From Candidatus Poribacteria bacterium (GTDB lineage Bacteria > Poribacteria > WGA-4E > WGA-3G), in the NCBI GenBank assembly GCA_965205025.1, contig CBDBFU010000033.1, positions 32,001 to 96,000 of the forward strand: a stretch of DNA of 64,000 bases. The letters run 5' to 3'. The notes below the pieces were generated by a model. The model was not told the DNA's origin. It did no database searches and worked only from the letters and a program-made list of their open reading frames with translations. Position 1 is the first letter of the stretch. Each line of letters begins with the position of its first letter. The position numbers and the translations under genes are program-made. Below are positions 22,027-32,053 of this stretch, piece by piece.

Positions 22027-23148
22027 ATGAAGCGTCTATATGTAATAATGTTGATTAGCCTTATTAGTCTATGCTCGGTTGTCACAGCACAAGCACCGCA
22101 AACGATAGCCGAGCAGCTGCTTGCTGCGACTGTCTATTTAGAAATGCGAGATAAGCAAGGTCGTCAGTCACATGGGAGTGGTTTTTTCATAGACGATGGT
22201 CTGGTGGCGACCAACTACCACGTCATTCAAAAAGCCAAAACTGCATCTGCACAGTTAGTGAACCAATCCGAAAGTTTTGAAGTACAGGGTACCGTGGCAG
22301 TAGATCCAATGCGGGATTTAGCAATACTGAAAGTGGATAATCTTAGTGTACGTCCACTTGTGCTTGGTAATAGTGAAGCGGTACGAATCGGGGACCCTAT
22401 CTACACAGTCGGTAATCCGCGCGGGATACAAGGTACATTCAGTGAAGGACGTATCAGCAACATACTACCCGCAGGTACACCCCAGAATCCTGACAAAATG
22501 ATACAGTTTACTGCCGCCATTTCTCGCGGTAGCAGTGGTGGTGCTGTCGTCAATGAAAATGTGGAAGTAATCGCTATTGTCTCCGAAACACGCGGAGATG
22601 GACAAAACCTAAACTTCGCTGTCCCTGTTAACGCACTGCAAAGGTTGTTAAATAACGCAGGTGATGTAACCCCGTTGTCCGTAGACACACAAGACAGACA
22701 ACCACATGCACATGTAAAACCAAAGAAAGTGGACATCATATATTTTGTCGTGTTGAGTGTTGTAGCGTTCCTGGCACTACACTTCTTACCGAGTGTCAAA
22801 GTCGAAAAAATAACAATCACTATCGGTGTCGCTGGGGTGATAGGTTTGCTGATGATGATAGCAAAAAGCATCATACCAACACTCCTGTCTGTTCCCATGT
22901 ATGACCTATTTAATGCACCAATGTCTGAACAGGGACTCTGGCATATGATAGATTGTCTGGATTGTATACCTATTTTGGTAGGAAAAATAACCGCGCTGCT
23001 TTGCTACTTCGGTGCCATGTGCCTTATCATCGGGAGCACAAATAAAATACAAGGGATCAATATCGAAGGCTTCTTCAATACTTGTTGGGTTGCGTTGCTT
23101 GTTGTAATAGGTCAGAAAATGATTTATTGGATATTGCCCTGGATATAA
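22027..23148 (+). CDS. Secreted trypsin-like (S1C) serine protease fused to a C-terminal YvlD/DUF360 holin-like membrane domain
   Basis: Signal peptide; triad TNYHV / DLAILK / ISRGSSGG; C-terminus LPSVKVE...GVIGLL...GINIEGFF...VALL resembles YvlD. Confidence 0.75.
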   Translation: MKRLYVIMLISLISLCSVVTAQAPQTIAEQLLAATVYLEMRDKQGRQSHGSGFFIDDGLVATNYHVIQKAKTASAQLVNQSESFEVQGTVAVDPMRDLAILKVDNLSVRPLVLGNSEAVRIGDPIYTVGNPRGIQGTFSEGRISNILPAGTPQNPDKMIQFTAAISRGSSGGAVVNENVEVIAIVSETRGDGQNLNFAVPVNALQRLLNNAGDVTPLSVDTQDRQPHAHVKPKKVDIIYFVVLSVVAFLALHFLPSVKVEKITITIGVAGVIGLLMMIAKSIIPTLLSVPMYDLFNAPMSEQGLWHMIDCLDCIPILVGKITALLCYFGAMCLIIGSTNKIQGINIEGFFNTCWVALLVVIGQKMIYWILPWI

Positions 23149-23213
23149 GAAAAGCAAGACAGATGGTGACAGTCAATGAACGTCATAAAGATAAGTCTGC
23201 TGAGTGAAAAATA

Positions 23214-23486
23214 TTATCCGCGATACCAAGCCCCGATAGACCTCACAATCATTTTGACAATGCCAGAGAAGAAACCGAGTAGAAACATCCCGACTAAAAC
23301 GAACGCCCCCAAACCAAGCCACCCCGATACAAACACAAAAGTACAAACAACCGCAAATATAGTCGTATTCAACACACCCAAACCGTAATGTTGACTGTAA
23401 TATATTGCTACAAAAAATGAAAATACGGGTATGATACCAAGTAAATAAAAATACCAACGCGGCAGAAAAGGAAACTTTTGTTTCAA
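23214..23486 (-). CDS. Small hydrophobic membrane protein (about 3 TM)
   Basis: 90-aa hydrophobic ORF with TTG start; no family recognised. Confidence 0.4.
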   Translation of the reverse strand: MKQKFPFLPRWYFYLLGIIPVFSFFVAIYYSQHYGLGVLNTTIFAVVCTFVFVSGWLGLGAFVLVGMFLLGFFSGIVKMIVRSIGAWYRG

Positions 23487-23623
23487 AATTGATACCTATG
23501 AATTATAGAGAGAATTCTGTAACTCATGACACAAGATACGCCCCAAAAAGGTGCATAAAAGCAATATTTTCGTGGCACGAGATATTAAACCGTCTGAGAT
23601 TTCTTAGAGGGTGTTTAACCTAC

Positions 23624-23753
23624 TAATACCATTTCTGGTAATTAAAGTCCACTAATAAATCTCTTTAATGTAGCACAAACTTCCAGTTTGAGTAGTATTT
23701 CAAGACATAAATATCACCTAATCACGGGAGAATCATTTATAGAAATGGAATTA
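23624..23753. mobile_element. About 130-bp miniature element TA-ATACCATTTC...GAAATGG(T/A)AT-TA containing an uninterrupted GTAGCACAAACTTCCAGTTTG REP
   Basis: Terminal inverted repeats; homologs at 14241-14480, 40913-41030 and 42045-42158. Confidence 0.7.
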
Positions 23754-23819
23754 TGTTAGATGTATGGATAATGTGTTTGGAAAAAGTGTTAATATTTATC
23801 GTTCTGATATGATTACACT

Positions 23820-23902
23820 TTCACGGAAACCTTCACGGAGCAATTTTACGAACCCTTATCCTATAAGGGTTTATAATTTTAACTATACCAATTTTCCGTG
23901 AA
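23820..23902. repeat. 83-bp element bounded by TTCACGGA/TCCGTGAA with a doubled TTCACGGA at one end
   Basis: TTCACGGAAACCTTCACGGAG recurs exactly, inverted, at the end of 55002-55085. Confidence 0.65.
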
Positions 23903-24116
23903 TCACATAAGTTAATATTTATTTAACTTAAATATGAACGAAATGCATCTTTGGTACTCGTCTGATACCATTCCTATAAATGTTTATCCTATGAACAGTT
24001 GTTATACGAGACTTAAAATACTGCACAATCAGAAACCTGTTATAAGTACAATCACAGAAATCATGATAATGTATTCGTTAAATTTCTAATTGATTCTATG
24101 AATTTGAACTAAGTAT

Positions 24117-24287
24117 GATAATTTATTAACGACAGGTGGGACACTTGCAGCGACAATTTAACTTGTTAAGATACTTGGCGGGGATATTGTAGGTATTACA
24201 TTATTAATAGAATTAACGAAATTTAATGATCAAGAAATGATTAGTGATATACCAATATTGTCTATATTTGAATCTGATAATCTATGA
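24117..24287 (+). pseudogene. apt: Degenerate 3' fragment of adenine phosphoribosyltransferase
   Basis: Manual translation DNLLTTGGTLAATI*LVKILGGDIVGITLLIELT matches the APRT PRPP motif DDLLATGGT...LGG.VVG..FLIEL; internal stop, no 5' half. Confidence 0.7.
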
Positions 24288-24294
24288 TGGTATT

Positions 24295-24567
24295 TCAGTG
24301 TTCCTCTGCGTCCCAAACTTCACCTTCATCATGAAGCGCATCCATAAGATCTTCGTATGCCGCCAGTGCTGACAATTCATTATTGAAAAATTTTATCAAG
24401 ACCTGATTTTGATTGTCGTTACTTTTATCACCTGCCATGATAAAACGTAATGCGTATTTATTATCAGGAACACTATGATGCGTAACAATTATTTCTCTAA
24501 TAAACTTTGAATTGATTGATCTGCGTATAGAACCAAACTTAGATTCTTCAATATCCTTTATGAACAT
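24295..24567 (-). CDS. Hypothetical protein (about 90 aa)
   Basis: AAGGA RBS before MFIKDIEESK. Confidence 0.55.
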   Translation of the reverse strand: MFIKDIEESKFGSIRRSINSKFIREIIVTHHSVPDNKYALRFIMAGDKSNDNQNQVLIKFFNNELSALAAYEDLMDALHDEGEVWDAEEH

Positions 24568-24981
24568 GTTGATTTCCTTTCTAAAAGTCAATACTTGAAA
24601 TATTATATATCATGTTTTATATAAGTGTCAAAGTAAACTCAACGAATATAAATTATATGTCATTTCCCCAGTCTTCTCCTCTTCTGTAGGATGTAATTCC
24701 GATCCGCGATCTTCTCCTCTTCTGTGGAAGAAAACCGTAACGCAAAACGCCACTACAAAAGTTAAGCATGAGAGTAATTGATTTATTTTATTTTGAGAAA
24801 TTAGAGGAGTAATGATACAATTTGTATTGAATGTAAAAAAACAAAGCATGCTAGTAATAGTGAGGGATATGAAAGCGGGGGATACGCTTAATCCCTAATT
24901 ATACTGGGATACGCAAACTTAATCAGGCAAACACTATTTTAAATCACGTGGTGTTTGCTTCAAAACTAATGAGGTAACAGA

Positions 24982-25734
24982 ATGTTCACACCGAAACGCT
25001 TATTTTTCAGTTTAGGGTTTCTGTTTCTTACCGTCATAATAGTCTGGACAACATGGTATTTCACCATTGTACGCCCTAATCTCATAGGGAATCCTATCGT
25101 GCGTTACAACACAGAATCACAAATAACAACGAATGACACGGTAGACGCAGCAGTTATAGAAAAATCTCAGATAGGGAAAAACATTAAAGAACATGACACA
25201 TCGGAAACACATAAAGAGCCAAAAGTGATGAGTCAATCTGTGCGTGAGGGGAACAAAAACACAACCGCTTCCTCTACACAAAAAGAATCGGATAAATACA
25301 CAGATTATCCGCCCAAGTCTAATGACAAAAAATTAACTGCTGAGGAATTGGCGAAGAGAAAAGCCGAGGCAGAAATGATGATAAAGAATTATAAAATTCA
25401 GGTGAAGGAATTGCTTAATTCCACAAATGAACTCAAAAAGCAAAGTGAAAGATATAAAGCGAGTTACAATCGAAACGAAATGCATGCAAAACTCGTGAAG
25501 CGGTTAAACTCTCTTTCTGCTGAAGAGCAGAAAGCATACTTTGAAGATATCAAGAGTGGCAAAGCAATTGATGATGTCCTTGAAAACATGAGGACAGCAT
25601 TTAAAGAAGAAGGAATTCCCGATAGTTTTATAGGGGTTTTCTTTGAATTGCTTAAACCACAATTGGCTCAAGAATTCGATGCGGAGAAGCATTTAGAAGA
25701 GCTTCGTGCAGATGGATTTAAACCGAAGTTTTGA
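24982..25734 (+). CDS. Membrane-anchored helical hypothetical protein (tandem paralog A)
   Basis: GAGG RBS; TM followed by WTTWYFTIV.P.LI..PI.RYNTESQ; ends HLEELRADGFKPKF. Confidence 0.75.
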   Translation: MFTPKRLFFSLGFLFLTVIIVWTTWYFTIVRPNLIGNPIVRYNTESQITTNDTVDAAVIEKSQIGKNIKEHDTSETHKEPKVMSQSVREGNKNTTASSTQKESDKYTDYPPKSNDKKLTAEELAKRKAEAEMMIKNYKIQVKELLNSTNELKKQSERYKASYNRNEMHAKLVKRLNSLSAEEQKAYFEDIKSGKAIDDVLENMRTAFKEEGIPDSFIGVFFELLKPQLAQEFDAEKHLEELRADGFKPKF

Positions 25735-25754
25735 GAAAATGGAGAAGTGTATCT

Positions 25755-26506
25755 ATGAAAAACAACTTCTTTGTATATAGTGTTGGTATTCTTGCAATTG
25801 TTGTTGTCCTTGGATGGACAACATGGTATTTCGCCATTGTACACCCTAAACTCATAGCGGAACCGATCATACGGTACAATACCGAATCCCAAATAGCAGC
25901 GGACAATACGCCAGACGCGACATCAGTAAAGACATCTCAAGGGCAGAAAATTTCTCAAGAAAAAAATGAAACTGTTGATAGGCATGTAGAGGGTGGAAGC
26001 ACAGAAAACGCGGCACCGCTTGTGTCAAAGAATTAAATCAACACACACATCATCCAGATAAGCCTAATGATGAAGAATTAAGTGCCGAGGAATTGGCAAA
26101 GAAAAAAGCTGAAATAGAAAGGGAAAGAAAGGTAGCTGAGAGATATAAAGCTCGGGTAAATGAATTAGGAGCTAGGATAAATGAACTCCAGAAGCATTCA
26201 GAAATACGAAATAAAGAAATTGCAAATCATTTAAACTCTCTTTCTGCTAAAGAGCAGCAAGCTTACTTTGAAAATATTCGAAGTGGTAAAGTACTTGAAG
26301 AATTACCGCCTAATTTTTTTAAATTAGCAAAGGCACATCTGCTATCAAAAGAAGATGAATATTCAGAGGAAGCAATAGACAAAGAGGAAGCAATAGACAA
26401 AGTCCTTGAAGGTTTTAAACAAGAGATACAGAAATATGCTTCAGAAGCAGGCGCGAAAAGGCATTTAGAGAAGCTTCGTGCCCATGGATTTGAACCGAAG
26501 TTCTGA
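25755..26506 (+). CDS. Tandem paralog B of the preceding gene, one frameshift near 26028
   Basis: ORFs 25731-26036 and 26093-26506 align end to end with paralog A (WTTWYFAIV; LNSLSAKEQQAYFE; HLEKLRAHGFEPKF). Confidence 0.7.
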
Positions 26507-26525
26507 GAAATGGAGAAACCTCTCT

Positions 26526-26819
26526 AAGAAAAACAACTTTTTTCTATATAGCATTGGCATCTTCGCAATTGTTGGTGTCCTCGTTTGCTTTATTGGATAC
26601 GCAACAAATACACTCCCAATGTACACGCCAATTACAGAAAACGATGCTTTCCTTTATCAGTGGATGACGGAGAAAATTGTTGAAAACAGCACCCTCCCAC
26701 CCCGTGATACACATCGCTGGCTTCCTATCGGTAGAGATAACGGTCAACTGTTACCGCTCTATTCCTATGCCATTGCCTATACACATAAAACGTTAGCGTG
26801 GTTCTTTCCTGCACTATAA
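26526..26819 (+). pseudogene. Chimeric fragment: third copy of the paralog N-terminus joined to an STT3/AglB-like oligosaccharyltransferase N-terminal segment
   Basis: Start ATG degraded to AAG; ENDAFLY...LPPRD..RWLPIGRD..QLLPLYSY resembles the GT-C/STT3 N-terminus; truncated. Confidence 0.45.
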
Positions 26820-26875
26820 GCGTCAATTTAGAATATATTTCTTTATAGAATATGTCTACAAACCTACTATTGCTA

Positions 26876-27376
26876 CGGTGAATGCCCGGTGAATGTCTAA
26901 ATGGCATTCATACCGTTGATTCCTTGATTCCTGATTCGCGGGGTGAAAGGTGTGTAGAAAACAGATTGCCAAAAAATAAGCCCCAGAGGGGTGAAAGGTT
27001 TGTAGAAAACGTACCAACCAAAGTCCTAAGCCCCAGAGGGGCGAAAGGTGTATCCCTAAATTGTCGCCTATGGTGTCTTCAATAGACCTGTCTATGAAAT
27101 GTTTATAGAAGATCATACGTCTCATGAGAACTCCACCTATATGTTGATATAGACATTCCGTCCCTACGGGACTCAATTATGTGGATATATACCTTTGCTA
27201 TAGACATTCCGTCCCTACGGGACTCAATACCTACCGGTCCGCGGAATTAATATTACCGATTTTAAAAATTTATCTTTATATAGCATTCCCCGTGGTTAGG
27301 AAACCGCACCTACCAGGTTCGGGAGAATAGTATTTTGGGTGAAATGATGTTCATATACCAATTATCAAACTCACGT
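26876..27376. repeat. Mosaic repeat cluster: nested 36-bp elements, GCCCCAGAGGGG(T/C)GAAAGG units, inverted GTAGGGAC units and stacked element right ends
   Basis: Each motif recurs at 37529-38125, 42312-42445 or 49098-49238. Confidence 0.75.
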
Positions 27377-27501
27377 TATATTAGGATTAAATGGCAGTAC
27401 ATGTTCTATTTTAATTTTTGTGTTAACATAAAACATGCTATAATATACATATATTTAAACAATGTAATCTGGGGATGTATCTAAACTTAGGAGGAATTGA
27501 G

Positions 27502-28245
27502 ATGTTGAGAGTTCTTTTTGTATTGTTAATCTGCACAACTTTTGTATGTATGAATTCATATCTCGCTGTTGCTGCAGATGGTTTAGTAGGTTTTTGGCCA
27601 TTTGATGAAGGAGCCGGAGGAACTGCTACGGATGTTACTGGGAATGGACATGACGGGGAGTTCAAAGGCGCACCAAAATGGGTTGAAGGGAAATTCGGTT
27701 CAGCACTTGAATTTGACGGGAAAGATGACTACGTACTTGTTCCCGATCATGATGCCTTGGATATTGAAAATAATATTACAATGATGGCATGGTTCAGTCC
27801 TAATGATGTGCTTACCAGTCGTCGTTTAATGGTGAAGAATAATTCCATATTTGTTATCTTTGATTTTGGAAATAAGGACAGCATAGACTTTCTTGTGAAA
27901 CCTGACAATTTATTTGCTGAATCCACAACAACAGAATGGAAAGTTGGTGAATGGTATCACTTTGCAGGAACTTTTGATGGTAAGAAATTACGTGTTTATA
28001 TAAATGGAAAACTTGAAGGAGAAGCAGCTAACAGTACTCCTATTGCACCATCTGATTTAGATCTATGGATTGGTGGAGATGACTATGGACGACCAAGCGA
28101 TTTCTTTCCCGGGAAAATTGATGAAGTCCGAATATATGATGAAACATTGAATGAAGCGGATATTCAAAAAATCATGGATACACCACAAGATGTAGAGGCA
28201 CTTGGAAAACTAACTACTACATGGGGAAGCATCAAGAGTAGATAA
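27502..28245 (+). CDS. Secreted LamG/concanavalin A-like domain protein
   Basis: AGGAGG RBS; LVGFWPFDEG, WVEGKFGSALEFDG, WYHFAGTFDG, G.IDEVRIY; C-terminal GKLTTTWGSIK. Confidence 0.9.
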   Translation: MLRVLFVLLICTTFVCMNSYLAVAADGLVGFWPFDEGAGGTATDVTGNGHDGEFKGAPKWVEGKFGSALEFDGKDDYVLVPDHDALDIENNITMMAWFSPNDVLTSRRLMVKNNSIFVIFDFGNKDSIDFLVKPDNLFAESTTTEWKVGEWYHFAGTFDGKKLRVYINGKLEGEAANSTPIAPSDLDLWIGGDDYGRPSDFFPGKIDEVRIYDETLNEADIQKIMDTPQDVEALGKLTTTWGSIKSR

Positions 28246-28254
28246 GGAATTTAT

Positions 28255-29874
28255 ATGACAAGCCAGCAAAAACGCCCTGTCGTACTCATTATTCGAGATG
28301 GATGGGGCAACAATCCATATCCTGAATATCAGGAATCAAATGCTGTTCATTTGGCAAATACACCTGTAGATGACTGGATGCGGAAAAACTATCCGCATAT
28401 TACAATTCACACCTCTGGAGAAGATGTCGGTCTACCTGCAGGTGTAATCGGTAACAGCGAAGTTGGTCATCAAAATATCGGTGCCGGACGCATAGTAAAT
28501 CAGGAATTACTCCGTATAAGTAATATGATTCGTTCAGGTGAATTTGCTCAGAACGAAGTTCTCATAAATGCAATATCTCATGTGAAAAATAACAGAACAA
28601 ATTTGCACCTTATGGGATTGGCAAGTGATGCGGGTGTACATAGTTCACTTGAACATCTATATGGATTGCTTAGGCTTGCAAAAGAACATGGATTGGAAAA
28701 AAAGCAAGTATTGGTACATAATTTTAGTGATGGACGTGATTGCCAACCAGATCTTGGTATTAAGTTTTGTGAAGAGATCGAAGCAAAATTAAAGGAGATA
28801 GGGGTAGGAAAAATAGCATCGGTCATCGGTAGATTTTATGCTATGGACCGAGATGATAGATGGGAACGGGTCGAAATAGCATATCGTCTATTAACTGAAG
28901 GAAGTGATTCTTCTGTAAACAACGCAGCCATGGCATATCGTGATTATTATCACAATCCTGATGATGTAAACCGAAAAGGGGATGAATTCGTTCGACCCAC
29001 TGTCGTGTTAGGGGAGGATGGTAAACCGTTACCCCGAATTTCTGACGGTGATTCTGTTATATTTTACAATTTTCGGGGAGACCGTCCAAGGGAGTTAACA
29101 AAGGCATTTTGTTTAGATACATTCCCGTATGATGGTGAAGGAAAAGATGGTGTTACCCGACAAATGGGTTTTAAACGGAATTGTAAATTGAGCGTTAACT
29201 TTATTACGATGACAGAATATGAACAAGGGATGCCTGTCGAAGCGGCTATTAAGAAGCCACCCAAGATGCAGAACACCCTCGGTTCTTTTGTCAGTGATGC
29301 AGGTTTAACCCAATTTCGTTGTGCTGAAACAGAGAAATTCCCTCACGTAACGTTCTTTTTTAATGACTATCGAGACGAACCGTATAATGGCGAACACCGA
29401 CAGATTATCGCCTCTCCTCGTGATGTGACTACCTATGATCAGAAACCGGAAATGTCTGCTCCTGGAGTTACAGAGGAGATGTTAAAAAGAATAGAATCTG
29501 AAAAGTACGATCTAATAGTCTTAAACTATGCGAATGGGGATATGGTAGGACACACGGGTTCACTCTCTGCAGCTATTAAAGCCGTTGAAGCAGTGGATAC
29601 TGGTGTTGGACAGATTGTCAAAGCAGTATTAGACAAAGGTGGTTCTCTCGTTGTTACTGCGGATCATGGGAATTGTGAGCAGATGATTGATCCAGAGACT
29701 GGAGGAATACATACTGCACACACAACCTTTGATGTTGATCTAATCGTTGTTGATGATGAATATAAGGGACGTGAACTCCGTTCAGGTGGACGACTTGCAG
29801 ATATTGCACCGACAGTGCTTAATCTATTAGGGTTACCTCAACCTATTGAAATGACTGGTGAATCCTTAATTTAA
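28255..29874 (+). CDS. gpmI: 2,3-bisphosphoglycerate-independent phosphoglycerate mutase
   Basis: DGWG, GNSEVGH, AMDRD.RW, NFRGDR, AETEKFPHVTFFF, DMVGHTG, TADHGN. Confidence 0.97.
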   Translation: MTSQQKRPVVLIIRDGWGNNPYPEYQESNAVHLANTPVDDWMRKNYPHITIHTSGEDVGLPAGVIGNSEVGHQNIGAGRIVNQELLRISNMIRSGEFAQNEVLINAISHVKNNRTNLHLMGLASDAGVHSSLEHLYGLLRLAKEHGLEKKQVLVHNFSDGRDCQPDLGIKFCEEIEAKLKEIGVGKIASVIGRFYAMDRDDRWERVEIAYRLLTEGSDSSVNNAAMAYRDYYHNPDDVNRKGDEFVRPTVVLGEDGKPLPRISDGDSVIFYNFRGDRPRELTKAFCLDTFPYDGEGKDGVTRQMGFKRNCKLSVNFITMTEYEQGMPVEAAIKKPPKMQNTLGSFVSDAGLTQFRCAETEKFPHVTFFFNDYRDEPYNGEHRQIIASPRDVTTYDQKPEMSAPGVTEEMLKRIESEKYDLIVLNYANGDMVGHTGSLSAAIKAVEAVDTGVGQIVKAVLDKGGSLVVTADHGNCEQMIDPETGGIHTAHTTFDVDLIVVDDEYKGRELRSGGRLADIAPTVLNLLGLPQPIEMTGESLI

Positions 29875-29935
29875 TGTGAAAACATTAGGGTTGCATAATT
29901 AATTGAAACTCTAAACAAACTTAGGAGATTTTGGC

Positions 29936-30931
29936 ATGTCTTCATTGATTGACCAAGAAGTTCGCAGCGATTTTCGCTTATTTGCAGGTCGAGCAAATCC
30001 TGCTTTAGCAAAAGAGATCGCAGGGATTTTAGGTGTTGAACTCGGAAAGATTTCGATTGGTCCATTCCCGAATAGTGAGACACGCGTTCAGATAGAAGAG
30101 AGTATTCGCGGTACAGATATTTATATCATCCAACCTACTTGTGAACCAGCGAATGAAACACTCATGGAGCTTCTGATTACAATAGATGCTATGAAAAGGG
30201 CATCCGCCAGACAAATTACTGCGATTATTCCGTACTTTGGGTATGCACGGCAAGATCATAAAACAACAGGTCGTGAACCCATTAGCGCAAAGCTTGTTGC
30301 TAACCTATTGACGACTGCAGGTGCAAGTCGTGTAATGGCGATTGACTTACACGTGCCTCAGATTCAAGGTTTCTTTGATATACCTATGGATCATTTAACT
30401 GCGCTTACCACCTTAGCAAACTATTTTAAAGAGAAAGATATTGAAAATGGTGTAATAGTTGCTCCTGATGCTGGTCGTGCAAAGTTGGCTGAAAAATATT
30501 CTGATATCTTACGACTTCCCTTAGCAATTATGCATAAGCGTAGAAATGGGAATAACGGACAAGATGTAAAATTTGTTGAGCTTGTGGGTGAAGTAGAAGG
30601 AAAAACACCTATCATAATTGACGATGAAATCGCTACTGGTGGGAGTATTCATCAGCAGGCACAAGCCTTGGCAGCAGCAGGAGCGGAACCAGCTTATGTA
30701 AGTATCACTCACGGCGTATTTGTTGGATCTGCTTTGGAAAGACTTGAACATCCTTCCATACGAGAAGTCGTCGCAACGGATACTATTCCAATTCCTGCTG
30801 AGAAACAATTAGAGGGTAAGATTCATGTTCTGTCAATTGCACCTCTCCTTGCTGCCGCTATTTTGAGAGTACATCAACACAGATCTGTTAGTCAAGTTTT
30901 CAGAGAACAGCATCTCGATTTTCCAGTTTAA
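29936..30931 (+). CDS. prs: Ribose-phosphate pyrophosphokinase
   Basis: PYFGYARQD, REPISAKLVANLL, DLHVPQIQGFFD, APDAG, DDEIATGGS. Confidence 0.95.
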   Translation: MSSLIDQEVRSDFRLFAGRANPALAKEIAGILGVELGKISIGPFPNSETRVQIEESIRGTDIYIIQPTCEPANETLMELLITIDAMKRASARQITAIIPYFGYARQDHKTTGREPISAKLVANLLTTAGASRVMAIDLHVPQIQGFFDIPMDHLTALTTLANYFKEKDIENGVIVAPDAGRAKLAEKYSDILRLPLAIMHKRRNGNNGQDVKFVELVGEVEGKTPIIIDDEIATGGSIHQQAQALAAAGAEPAYVSITHGVFVGSALERLEHPSIREVVATDTIPIPAEKQLEGKIHVLSIAPLLAAAILRVHQHRSVSQVFREQHLDFPV

Positions 30932-30958
30932 TGTTAGATTTTCCAATGAAATGAACAG

Positions 30959-32053
30959 ATGATACCAATTCTTTACCTTAGCCATACTGGTACAAGTATA
31001 GGTGGGGGAGAAAAACAACTCTATTATCTTCTAACACATTTAGATCGAACAAAATATCAACCAATTGTAGTTTTTCCAGACGATGGGATATTTGCTGACC
31101 AAGTGAGGAAAGCAGATATCCCATCTTTTATTGTTCATCTACCCCATTGGCGTAGGGTTATCTCCCGTTTCTCTCGTAAGATTGCAACCACAAAGTTAAC
31201 TGAGCTTGCTAAGAAACACAACATACAAATCGTCCATACATCGGATTCATGGTTTAACCCTTATATTCTACAACTAAAAAATCGATTGAAAATTCCTGTC
31301 ATGACTCATATACGCAATTTACTGACAACCGATCAGGTATCCAAGTATTACTTTGATGAAATGGACTATATTATTTCTATATCAGAACAGAGTAAATCTC
31401 CTCTAATTGAATCCGGTATTTCCAGGGACAAGATTGAAGTCATTTTGAACTGTGTTGACCTTAATGAATTTACTCCCATTTATGAAAAAGATAAGAAATC
31501 AACAGATGATTTTACAATCGGAATTGTAGGAAGAATTGAGCCGTTTAAACAACAGAAGACATTCGTTGAAATTGCAAACGAAGTGAATAAACAGTGTGAA
31601 TCAGTTCAATTTCAAGTTATTGGGGATGTACTTGAAATTCCTAAACACCAGACGTATTTTAGAGAAGTACGAGATTTAGTAGCACAATTTGGTTTGGAGG
31701 ATGTGATTCATTTCACAGGACATAGGAACGATATACCGAAGGCTATGCAAGAAATTGATCTACTTGTCACCCTTTCTGCAGGAAGTGTAATTGCTGAAGC
31801 AATGGCATCTGGAAAACCTGTTGTTGCATTGTCGATCGGTAGTGCTTCTGATATGATTGTTAATGGTGTAACTGGATGGGTTGTACAGATCAATTCAATC
31901 CAACAGATGAGTAATAAAATCATTCAATTGATTACCAATTCAGATGAGTATGAAAAAATGAGTATTGCTGCAAGAAAACACGCTGAATCATATTTTGGTA
32001 TTGATCAACATGTACATAGAATACAGAATATATATGAGAAATTACTTCAATAA
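30959..32053 (+). CDS. Glycosyltransferase family 4
   Basis: GGGEKQL, IVGRIEP.KQQ, FTGHRNDI, EAMASGKPVV, G.TG. Confidence 0.9.
   Translation: MIPILYLSHTGTSIGGGEKQLYYLLTHLDRTKYQPIVVFPDDGIFADQVRKADIPSFIVHLPHWRRVISRFSRKIATTKLTELAKKHNIQIVHTSDSWFNPYILQLKNRLKIPVMTHIRNLLTTDQVSKYYFDEMDYIISISEQSKSPLIESGISRDKIEVILNCVDLNEFTPIYEKDKKSTDDFTIGIVGRIEPFKQQKTFVEIANEVNKQCESVQFQVIGDVLEIPKHQTYFREVRDLVAQFGLEDVIHFTGHRNDIPKAMQEIDLLVTLSAGSVIAEAMASGKPVVALSIGSASDMIVNGVTGWVVQINSIQQMSNKIIQLITNSDEYEKMSIAARKHAESYFGIDQHVHRIQNIYEKLLQ

Noticed and set aside
24875-24960. Possible riboswitch upstream of 24982 (GGGATACGC twice; GCAAACAC/GTGTTTGC hairpin)
   Set aside because: The elements are not in the order or structure of a c-di-GMP-I or other riboswitch I can recognise; needs an Rfam/Infernal search
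26856-27176. ORFs reading KPQRGER, ESRRDGMS, IHTVDSL or IREIRVI (also 35956-36153, 37212-37412, 38015-38242, 40965-41201, 42259-42489, 52894-53124)
   Set aside because: These are translations of the non-coding repeat families, with no RBS or protein-family signal
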